A stretch of DNA of 64,000 bases from assembly GCA_965649765.1 (NCBI GenBank), contig OZ287758.1, positions 36,022,001-36,086,000 on the forward strand, written 5' to 3'. Under the pieces are notes generated by a model, which saw only the letters and a list, made by a program, of their open reading frames with translations, made no database searches and was not told the DNA's origin. The position numbers were made by a program, and so were the translations under genes. This document shows positions 1-10,118 of this stretch, piece by piece (the first letter of the stretch is position 1; each line of letters opens with the position of its first letter). Source of the stretch: Bispira polyomma. Its lineage: Eukaryota.

Positions 1-25
1 CTGCCATATTGTCTAATTGACATTG

Positions 26-185
26 AATTCAGTTTGGGGTTTACGTCACTTTCAACAGCTTTGGTCATATCACAACGACCGGATTTACTGGTGGGAGAAA
101 CCGCTGCTAAAGGACTGTGTAAACTACCGACCCTACAGCAAGTCCCTGACAAACTTTCTCACACAAAGGAATGAAACAGTCAAGA
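26..185 (-). mobile_element. tRNA-derived SINE family A, 3' part (antisense)
   Basis: Reverse complement matches the body and tail (gtttgtcagg...ggtttc...gctgttgaaagtgacgtaaacccc) shared with copies at ~9897, 23530, 45143, 45730, 50385, 52863 and 59750. Confidence 0.75.
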
Positions 186-311
186 GTTGTAAACATTTGC
201 TGCTGAAAATTATTGAATTTTTACATAAATTTCATGACAAATCAAATAAGACTTAAATTAAGCTCTATATGCATCGCTAATACACTCTACCTCTTTTGTT
301 TTTTGTAACAA

Positions 312-435
312 TTATCTCTGCCAAGGAGGCTGTGTTTTTGGCCCTTGTTTGTTGGTTTGTTTAAAAACTACTAAACCGATTTACGTGGTGGTATTCGCCA
401 GAGGGACACAGTATGGGCCAGGAAAGAATCCATTA
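312..435 (+). repeat. Interspersed repeat fragment (ccaaggagg...gtttgttt...gggccaggaaagaatccatta family), truncated at ~435
   Basis: Similar to the reverse-strand copy at ~19630-19770 and to fragments near 38985-39090 and 40905-41120. Confidence 0.55.
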
Positions 436-2018
436 CGCCCTTTTCAATCGCAAAAGAAAGCTATTGCTGGGAACAGATAATACTTCCGGCATTCAATAAT
501 GGCCTCGCCTATATATTTTATAAATGGGGAAGTCAGTGCTGTACTAACAATTTCCTGGTGTGAGGAAAATGATTGAAAATAAAATTATATTTTGGGAATG
601 TCGACAAAGTAGGGGAAGTAAGCATTATATTTTTTAAGGAAGTCCATGCACTAAATTTTATGGCACTTTGGTGGAAATATGCCTATATCAACTGAATGCC
701 CCTCTTTTGTCACAACCTACTGAATTAGAGATATTTTTATAATGTAAAAAAAAATCTAGCTATTAAGCTATAACATCAGGCAAACTAAATTAGATGTTTA
801 TGTGTTGATTTAGTCATTTTTACAACTGCAAAAAGCTCTTTATTGCACGTGGTGTTTTTTGTAACAATAAAATAAAAAGGTGAATATGTGTTTTTTCTCC
901 TAAAAAATTAACTAGAATTACTTTCTGTAAACAAGAAATAGAGGATTTTTTTTGTTAAAGGTTCCATTCTAATAGTAGTAAGTACATTACAGTCATCCAA
1001 ATTAAGTAGAATGGGAGTTAATGTTTTTTGTCTCTTCTTTTGTTTAAAGAAGCCATTCCATGAGATATAAAGCAGCAGGCACATAGCCCTACCAAATGTA
1101 GGCGATTAGATTAATGCACTTTACTATTCCATAGGCACAGTGCTGAGATGTTAATGCCTTCTGTTTCAAGGAAATTCAAGAGGTGTTGTGGAAATCATCC
1201 TGGGACTAGTTAATCAGCTACAGGCTAGTTACTGTAGTTACTAGCTTATGTAGGACACTTCTAGGTTGTTGTATAGGATGTGTGTCAGGTTCCAGTTTTT
1301 AGGACTTTTTTATCAGGCCTTATGTTGTTTTCATTTTTAAAGGGGCTCCGCAATTTAAAAGGGCACTGCCATCTTAGAAATAATATGCAAGGCTTTCATG
1401 GATTGGTTTAAAAACAAATGACCTGTCCAAAACTGAGGCGTGTCAGATTTGCCTGAGTATATAGTAGCCATTTCAACGTTAGTGTTCACACTTGTGCGAC
1501 TGTGTCTTTTTAAAAAAGACAACTCTTGTTGGGTGCTGTATGCCGATGACCAAATCCAACTGATGACGTACATATATACAAAATGTATCTCCCAGAAATG
1601 GATCATGAAGGGTTTTGATAAGGGGATGACATTGTTTACATTAAAATCTTCTTGGTTGGTGGGTATATGGATACACTAAAGTGAACGAGGCCGTTATGGC
1701 TCAGCGTCAGATGTCAGTTTCCCCTGGCTGGTCAATAAAATAAAACACTCATAAAGCCTACATTGGGCGCCAAAAAATTCCCACCAAAAGTTCTAGCCAG
1801 TGTGGGCTTGCTGGCCCCCTACCTTCATTCAGGAATTGGTTGTCAAAGAGGAAACAACGAACAATTTTAAAGGCTCAAAAGAGACTATCAAACAGTTTAT
1901 ATACAGATTTTAGTTTTGGTTTTATGTTAACATATTTTAGTGGCCTTTTACATGCTAACTCATAGTGAAATACTAAGCTGGATATAAAACATAAAGACGT
2001 CAGGAGTTATTAGTTCTG

Positions 2019-3279
2019 ATGGGATCAAAACACCACAATATACGAAGCAGCACATGGGAGAGGTGTTCAAAGTGCGAAACTAGCCACAGACCACCCATAG
2101 GGGACGCTTGTGAGAGAGCGACGACAGCGCACACATTATCTTCAGCTGGATCTGAGGTGCAAGGTCAGATGCAGACAGAAAAGACAGCCGCGCAACAGCA
2201 GGTAGCAGGGGGTTCACAACAAGTCAAGTTTAACTCAACAGTGGGCGACGAAACACACTCTCAAATGCAGTCGAATTCTAAGAAAGGGAAATCACAGGGT
2301 AAGAAGCGTGTGGTTAATGTAGACGTTTTGGCCAAGCTTGATTTAGTGCTAGATAAAGTCACACAATTGGAAGATAGATTTAGTCGACAGGAAGAAAGGA
2401 ATAACAGTGCATTGTCTATTTCATCGCGTCCGTCGGCACACAGCTCGCCCAAGGCTCATAGATCCACTCGTGTACGCACAGACGACCACTGTGAAAGCAG
2501 CCAAATTACCCACACTGGACTTCTTGAGGGGTGACTCAGTGATCCAGGATGAGGTGGACCGCAGGATTAGACAGTACCAAGAAACATCGAGGGAGGACAT
2601 TTCAGGTATTGTGATTAATAAAAAGTCAATTAAATCAGGCAGACTTAGAGTCGGAGATCAAAAAGTTAAGGTGACTGTGGCATGGCCACATGAGAACTGT
2701 ATTTTAAACGAACAAATGAAAATGCCGACTTACAAGGAACTTACTATGTGCCAGTGGGTTCAAGGGTTTTCTAAATGCGTACTTCAGGAAACTGAAGAAG
2801 AAATTAGGAAAAACATGTTACAGTACCAATACGTTCTTATGCAGGACGCCATGGATCTTTCATGGCCAACTGCTAAATGGGCCCATGCAGCGGTTTTAAC
2901 CGAAATTGAGAGGGGTAACCTAAGTTGGGATAACCCAGGGGACGTTGATAGAGTAAGGCAGCGTTTCACTCAAAGAGTCCTTAAAAGTTCAGACTCAGGT
3001 GGTTACAGTTCACAAACAACATATTACAACGGCCAAAGTAGAGACAAAGATCAGTCAATTCAGGGGAAAGTAACAGTTTGTCAAAAGTATGCGAAAGGCA
3101 TATGCAAATTTGAATCAGATCATTTTGAAGGGGGGAAAATGCAGAAGCATTCTTGTGGTTTTTGCTACAAGGTGGTGCATAAGAACTTTGACCACCCAGA
3201 GAATAAATGTAACCGTAAATTAAAGGAAGGGAATGGAAAAAACCACAGCAGTGGTGACAGGGCTGAACAGAGAGTTTAG
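2019..3279 (+). pseudogene. gag: Gag-like protein of the YR retrotransposon (one frameshift near 2480-2495)
   Basis: ORF 2019-2534 has an N-terminal CxxC-x3-H...C knuckle and a coiled coil. It continues in ORF 2407-3279, which ends in a Cys/His finger (CQKYAKGIC...H...HSCGFC...HPENKC) of the kind seen in Ngaro-type Gag. Confidence 0.8.
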
Positions 3280-5840
3280 CAACAGTGACGTCACTCCCAG
3301 TTCCAATAACATTTCTAGACAAGAAACATGTTTAGAACAAAAAACACATGGGTCAGTAACCAGGTTACAACAAAGTCTTTCTGGGGTAGTAAGCACCTTC
3401 AGATATGTAATTGTTTTTGGTGTACAAAAAGTTCACAATATAGTCTTACCAAAAGAAAAGGAACTGGGGGGGGGGGGGGGAGGAAAAACCCCCTCTCGTG
3501 CTAAGAGAAGCACAACATTGGGCCACTGAGAGTGAAGGTCATATTAAAATGAACAGTGTGCCTATCACACAACAAAGTTTAATTAGTATAGGCAATAGCC
3601 AAGTTAGTAGTGTCCATATTACAGATGTTAAGGATAATAGTGTCACTTTGGTTAGCACGTATCAGTAATGCCAGTATAGCGAGATTGATAGTAGTAGTAA
3701 CTACACATGTTACACGCCACAGGGAGAGCAAAGTTTAACAGGTGAAAGTTATGTCAATGACGAGTTGACAATGAGGCAAAATATTACGTTTGTCACATGT
3801 ATAGGGGGAACACCCCACTTAGAGAGTTTCATTAGTCATGCTAGCTCTGAAAGGTTAAGTTTAATCACAACAACAAATGCAGCAATGGAGTACACATTTG
3901 ATACCACAGCCAGTCATTCTTTTAATGTAAATAGGGACATACAGTAGGGACAATTTGGCTGGGATATCAACACCTGCCAATTAGAACATTCAAGGGCGGG
4001 ACACAGGTCAAGCTATTGTTCTTATATAGAAGGGGAAGGCATAAGCCACAACAGTGGGGGCAAATGGAAAGAATGGCTAAGGGGCTTTATTCTAATAGAC
4101 CTCCCCCTAGTGAGGCAAATTACAATCAAAACACAAGCACTCGAGCTACAGTCTAGTGATATGGTACAGTGGGTTAGTGAAGCACACAACATAACAAAAC
4201 AAACTGGCCTTCCAAATTACAAAGGGGCTAGACTCCCCGTGCCTTCACAATTAAATATCACAGCCTGGCGTACATACTTAAAAGAATATGACTTGGCTGT
4301 GGTCTGTGATTACCTCCAGTATGGTTTTCCGTTGTCATTAGACTATACTCAATTCGAATACAACACAAATGTGGAAAATCACCCCTCAGCATTAAGATTC
4401 CCCAAGGAAGTTAGTGAATACTTTGCTACAGAGGTAGGCCATAAGGCTATGGTGGGCCCAATGCAAAAAAGTCCTTTCCAACAATTACATGTTTCACCCT
4501 TAATGTCAAGGTCTAAGCCGAATGGAACAAGGTGGATAATTGTAGACCTTTCGTGGCCACATGGTAATAGTGTAAATTCATGTATTCCCCGTAATACTTT
4601 TGATGATATAGAATTCCAACTCAAATATCCCACAATAGATAACATAGTACAAAAAATAGCCTTGCTAGGGCCTCAATGTTTATTATATAAAATTGATTTG
4701 CAACGAGCATATAGAAACCTGAGGACAGACCCTTTTGACTATTCAGTTTTAGGATTAAGTTGGAATAAGGAACTGTACGTTGACGTCAGTGTTCCCTTTG
4801 GCCTGGCCTCGGGCGCATGTGCGTGCCAAATGGCCACCGACGAAGTAACCTACCTCATGCATAGTTATAATTACTGGGTTTGTTCGTATCTGGATGATTG
4901 CATCGGAGTTACGCCTCCTGGAAAGGCTAACCTAGCTTTCGTTACATTGCGCAATCTGATAGAGAAATTAGGGCTCCCTATAAACCAAGACAAGGTAGAC
5001 CCCCCAACAGAAGAGCTTACATGCTTAGGCATTAGCATAAACGCGCGAACAGGGCGGCTCACAATACCAGAAAAGAAATTGCTAGAGGTTAAACAATTAT
5101 GCCTTCAATGGAAAACAAAATGCATAGGCACACGGAGGGGCCTGCAACAATTGTTAGGAAAACTATTTATACATAGATGTGTCAAACCGGCAAGGCTTTT
5201 TGTGAATAGAATTTTGGGTGTGTTGGGGAGAACCCCCTCCCCCCCTCCCCCCCCCCCTCCCCCCCCCCCTCCCCCATACGACAATACCCCTAGGCGAAGG
5301 CTTTCATAAAGACGTTAATTGGTTTTGCGAGTTTTTGCAAGATTACAATGGGGTCACTGAAATGCATCAGATGGAGGGTAATATTAAGGAAGTGTATATT
5401 GACACGTCACTTAATGGTTTGGGGGCCTACTGGGGAGGACATGTTTATACAGTAGACATCCCTGATTACTATAAGGACACGCTAATAATAGTTCACTTTG
5501 AAATGGTAAACGTCATAGTCGCTTTTCATATGTGGGGGAAAGAATGGGCCAACACAAAAGTGTGTGTTCACTGTGACAACTTAGCAGTTGTCCATATACT
5601 TAACAGGTTCAAATGCAGAGATGTCTTTTTAAATGCATGTGCCAGGACGTTATGGCTTTTGCAGGAAAAATGTAACGTTGAAATTAGAATCATATTAGAG
5701 GCGTGAAGAACACCTATGCAGATATCTTGTCCAGATGGCCTTATTATGAGAACACAGACAAAGCTGAAGTTAAATATTTAAAAACGTGTACTTGGCATGA
5801 AGTAAAACCAGCATGGCTGAACCCTAACTATGATATTTAA
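3233..5840 (+). pseudogene. pol: Pol: reverse transcriptase + RNase H (disrupted)
   Basis: RT motifs YGFPL, NHPSA, IVDLS, KIDLQRAYR, PFG and YLDD in ORF 4110-5309. RNase H motifs YIDTS, HFEM and HCDN in 5218-5706, then HIRGVKNTYADILSRW after a frameshift, ending at TAA 5838-5840. Disruptions: frameshifts at the G-run 3466-3480, the C-run 5233-5275 and ~5685; in-frame stops at 3666-3668 and 3945-3947. Confidence 0.9.
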
Positions 5841-5850
5841 ATATTGTAGG
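5824..5850 (+). promoter_or_regulatory. Putative branch point and 3' splice site feeding the YR frame
   Basis: CTAAC at 5824-5828, then AT-rich ...tttaaatattgtag|G with AG at 5848-5849, 9 nt after the RNase H stop. Confidence 0.6.
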
Positions 5851-6903
5851 TCATCCACTTATACAGGGATTACTTCGAGATGTGAATGCACGGGTGGCCT
5901 CAGGATTTCGGCCTCGCACCTCAGCGGCTTACCAAGGGAAATTCAGGCTCTATTTAGCATTCCTAGCACACCTAAGGATAAGCTCTCCCTCTGAGTTAAA
6001 ATCTATACTATTATTTTTAGAGTTTTTAGCACAACAAGGTTACAAAGCAGGTACACTCCTGGGATACACCTCAGTGCTTAAGCATTTTTTCCAGTTATAT
6101 AACTTGCCCACAGTAGCACTACAACACAAAAAAGTAGCACTCGTGCTGAAATCGGTTTCACACAATGCTCCGCTGACATACAAGATAAAAGGGGTCTTCC
6201 CACCAGCTAAGCTACAACAGTTGATAGAGTTAGCTCAAGGGTTTCCAGGGGCTCACCACTACAAGACAATTATATTACTGGGGTTTTTCGGCTTCTTCAG
6301 GTTAGCCACATTAGTTTCACCCACAGCAGCAAAATTTCAGGCATCCCAGTTTCCTACACAAAACGACGTAATTTTGGGGGCCCCAGGGGCACATATAATA
6401 ACAAAATGTGCTAAGAATATGCAGGTCTCGGGTCACCTGCAGGTGGTGCAAGTCCCAGCGCTGACAAGATCCCCACTATGCCCAGTTAAGGCATTGCTCC
6501 ATATTGTACCTGAAAAAACCTCAAAGTGCATATCACTATTCCAGTTTGAACAACAATGGCGTAACACTATAATAACAGCATATCAGGTGCGCAAGGTCCT
6601 CGCCTCGCTGGTACAAAAATTAACCTTCCCCCTGCTGAGTTTGGATTTCACGCTTTGCGATGCTCAGGAGCGTCATGGGCATTCGACCACAATGTAGACC
6701 TCCAGCACATAAAGGTACACGGCGGCTGGCGCTCTGACGCCATTTGGAGATACTTAGTCAAAACACCCAAAGCAGCAGGGTCGGTAGCCACAACCTTCAC
6801 AAAGCACCTAAATAACGAAAAATCAGACATACCCACTACAACAATTTGGGTTTGGCCTTTTTTAACTTTTACATACATATACATACATAACATTTACAAG
6901 TAG
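5850..6903 (+). pseudogene. Tyrosine recombinase (YR/integrase), one frameshift near 6620; no upstream ATG in frame
   Basis: Catalytic motifs FFGFFR (R), then after the frameshift FGFHALRCSGA (HxxR) and HGGWRSDAIWRY (W...Y). The frame is open from 5834 with no ATG before the domain start. Confidence 0.9.
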
Positions 6904-6958
6904 TGTAGAAAATTAGAATGTAGAAAAATTAGAATGTAGAAAAATCACTTGGGGTTGG

Positions 6959-7154
6959 GGTCACCTCAAACCAGTAAGGTTTACTTACCTGGGAATAACC
7001 TAAAAACTCAAGTTAAGGTAACCACAGGCAACTTTAAGGTCACCTCTAATTAAGGGCGACCTCAACCTTAGAAGTGCACGTAGTAGTAGTTAAACATTTA
7101 AGGTCACTTTAAGCTCGCAGTACAGGTTCATGGGGTTTGAGGTGACCTTAAATG
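6959..7154. repeat. Nested inverted and direct repeats in the element 3' region
   Basis: ggtcacctcaaacc 6959-6972 is the perfect inverse of 7134-7147. catttaaggtcac 7095-7107 is the inverse of 7142-7154. The taaggt(c/a)ac motif recurs at ~7014, 7035 and 7099. Confidence 0.8.
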
Positions 7155-7335
7155 ATGTATGTTAATGTTGTATATATAAATCTTTTAGTTGTTTTAATAA
7201 ATGCCCAAAGATGTAACAGACTTGTGTTCTTCTTTTAAAAAAACTCCACCAATGTCCAAAGACTAGATCAGTTCGATCAACCTTCTTAACCAGCCTGGGG
7301 AAACTGTGAAGTTTTTGATCATTTTTATTTATACT

Positions 7336-7440
7336 AGGTGCAGTATTTTAAGAACATTATTAGAATGTAATTCTTGGAATTTTCTTAGTATCAGCCAATC
7401 AGATTCCTTTAGAATAAGAATCTTTGTAAATACCAGCCCT
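7336..7440 (+). mobile_element. Short MITE-like repeat (..tattcacaaa....ctttgtgaataccagccc family)
   Basis: Matches the fuller copy at 26497-26646 and reverse copies near 25670-25810, 43896-44030 and 51270-51400. Confidence 0.6.
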
Positions 7441-9896
7441 TTATATTTTCAGCATATACACAAGTATCCCTGTTAAAGCCAGAGTTTTCTGCTTGTTTCA
7501 CAGCAGTGTATGCCTGCTAACTCTGTAGGTAGCTCCTGTATTTTTAAAGGATTCACTTATTACATGTGTAGTTAAGTAAGTCTTTACATCTATTGGGCTT
7601 CATTAAGAACAATCACTACAAGGTTTTTGGCTGGATACTTCTCAGCTCTATTTTATAGGTGTTTTTGTTGTTGGTGTGGTTTTTTTCTTGGGGGGGGGGG
7701 GAGGGGGGGAGCAACCCCTCCTCTTCGATTACCCCTCCCCACCTTTTTTCCCCAATCTATTTTGTGCATTGTTTTTGTTTATCCAAAACTCACACCAGAA
7801 TATATTGAAGCACTGACACAGTTCACTTGTAGTGGGGCTGTAAATTCTCTATCCCCTCCTCTCCCTCCCCCATACAATAAGTAAATTATCTAGATCTTCC
7901 TGCAATAAGTCAAACACTGTAATTTTGTGAGAAATTCATCAGGTCTAAATTGACCTAGACTTGCTTAAGGCTCAATGTTAGAGACTTTTTGAACAACATA
8001 TTAGCATTTTTAACGCACGTTATTGATGCGAGGCAGCTTCTAAAATGCCACAACTGAATCAATTACTGATTTAAGAAGTGAAAAAAACAAAACATAGCCA
8101 AGGTCGTAAGGAAGGAAGTGGAGGTGTAAAAGGAAGGCACTAAGGGTTGTAAGCGAGTTTGAAGAAATAGGTTAAAAGCTTTTTTTCCTAAACCCAGAAA
8201 ATGTTTCAAATGATCTAAGCTCAACTGGAAGACTGTAACATAACATAAGGGCAGCAACAGGGATAGCGCTTGATCCAGCCCTCTTGGTTTTTCAGGGGAA
8301 ACTGAAAGTAAAACTCTAACCGCACACATAGAACTCGAAAATACAATGTTCTGAAACATTAAATGTGAAGGCTTCCCTTAAAGTTTTATTAATAATAGTG
8401 GCAACGAAATGCAATATACCTTATTGATATTATATATCATATGAGGCATTATAACCTATCCTAGTGACACAATGGAAACCCAGTAGAAAGGAGATTTTAC
8501 GACAGCCATTTACAAGAGGGCAGCTTCTTCAAATTTTTCAACTGTTTAATACAGATTTGTCGAGATGGATCTATTTTGAATGTTATGGTTGTGGAGATTT
8601 CGCCAGAATGCGTGTGGGGTTTATCGTTTGACTTAAAAACATTAGGCGAAAAGTGCATTATGTCAGAAAGTCTATCTCAAGACAGGAGAGTAGCTAAGAT
8701 ATTTCATTTGGTACTCACCAAGTTATCAAAATATTATGTTTGTTTTTGTGCTCGTTCTGTCATTTTTTTTATTATGTTTTTCATTAAATTGGTAGGCCTG
8801 GGCGTACTACCTTCTACACAAGCTACGCCCCTGACTTTTAGATGATTTATTAACATTCTGTAGTCAGTCTGCTAATAATAGATGCAGAAAATGCTGATAA
8901 AGACTTTCTTGATGTTCCAGTTTATGGATCCATTGTTTATAGGTGTAAGGCCCATTTTGGTGCTAGTTTTGCTCATGGCTCACGCCTGTGAAACGATTTA
9001 ACTCAGGATGTTGGTTCTGCTCCGTCTTTGGGCAGTTCTATTTTAGGAAAAGATTCCAGTCGGATTTGTTTTAATTGCCCTATCTTCCATCATAGTCATT
9101 TCACTGGTTAATGGTAACGTTTCTACTTCTATAGCGAGACGGTCGATGATCAGGCATCCTCTGTGGCACACATCCCACATCCCAAGACTAGTCCAAGACT
9201 AGTCAATAGGAGAGAAGGTTCATCAGGTAACCAGAGTTCAGTCGTAATGTGTGTTAAAGCGGAAAAGCGAGTTGATGCAGACGTATTTTAACTTTTTTCT
9301 CAGAAGCTTGTAATCCTTGTCTCATTGAAAAACCTGGTAGGGAGACCATTCCATTCGGCAGGTGCTGCAACTTCAAACAATTTTGATTATGGTAATTTTT
9401 ACGTAAGAGTTGGACAGACGATTTCCTTTGGTGATTATTGTGGAGAGATAACATAGATTTGACTAGATTAGATATATTAGGTAGTGACTATGTATATTAA
9501 TGGTAACACACTTACCTGCGACCTCTGCCTCAGTAGGTTCGAATCCATGATCTAGTGTGTTTTTATGAAAGTTGGAAGTAGACTCTCTAAAGACTGGTGA
9601 TTTGCAGAGCAGAAAATTCTGACCACCTACCGTGTTATGATATTCTTCAGTAGTGTGAACAGCTGCCTGTCATGATGAGATAGCAAACCTGTTGAATGTG
9701 ACGTTAAACCCAAACTTATCTGTTGGAATGAATTCAAAGTGCGGTGTTACCCCTAAGGATATCAGATTCATATCATGTAAGAATGGTCCAACTTAAATAA
9801 TTTAACAAAATGATTTTAACATAGTTTCAAAATTATGTGGATGTAAAGATAAGGGGTTGTATTAGAGATAGCTTGCGGTTTAGCTAAAGTATCACT

Positions 9897-10118
9897 GGGG
9901 CCCGCGGTTACCTAGTGGTTCGAAGCACCTGCTTCATAAACACTGGCCTCTCACCAATGTGGGTTTCAATCCTGTTCGTTCCTTCATATCGGACAGTTTG
10001 TCAGGTACTTATATAGGCTGATGATTTACAATGCTTCAGCATCCGTTTCTGCCACCCTTAAATTTGGCCATCACAATATAATCGTACATATTCAAAGCAA
10101 CCAAAGACCCAACCAAAA
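9897..10118 (+). mobile_element. tRNA-derived SINE family A, near full length
   Basis: A-box-like (ggttacctagtggtt) and B-box-like (ggtttcaatcc) head, followed by the shared body and tail. Confidence 0.75.

Larger units (their letters stand above)
1715..7306 (+). mobile_element. Tyrosine-recombinase retrotransposon (DIRS order, Ngaro-like), degenerate; left end may extend to ~482
   Basis: Ordered gag - RT/RNase H - YR reading frames. Bounded by an 18-bp inverted repeat (cagtttcccctggctggt 1715-1732 / accagcctggggaaactg 7289-7306, 17/18 match). AATAAA at 7196-7201. No target-site duplication seen. Confidence 0.9.

Noticed and set aside
1440-1679. ORF containing LYADD, resembling a LINE RT catalytic motif
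   Set aside because: No other RT motifs in or around this 79-aa frame; likely chance.
1771-1800. Weak direct similarity to 7237-7266 (aaaaaa.tccaccaa) as an Ngaro split direct repeat
   Set aside because: Only ~13/16 in A-rich sequence, with no B1/B2 partner; too weak to call.
8880-9250. Coding-looking stretch considered as receptor exon 1 or a second gag
   Set aside because: No signal peptide or VFT motif, stops in all frames I tried, and no convincing splice pair.
9490-9720. tRNA-like sequence with B-box ggttcgaatcc
   Set aside because: No cloverleaf. It continues into a SINE-type tail (gttgaatgtgacgttaaaccc), so it is a decayed SINE, not a tRNA gene.
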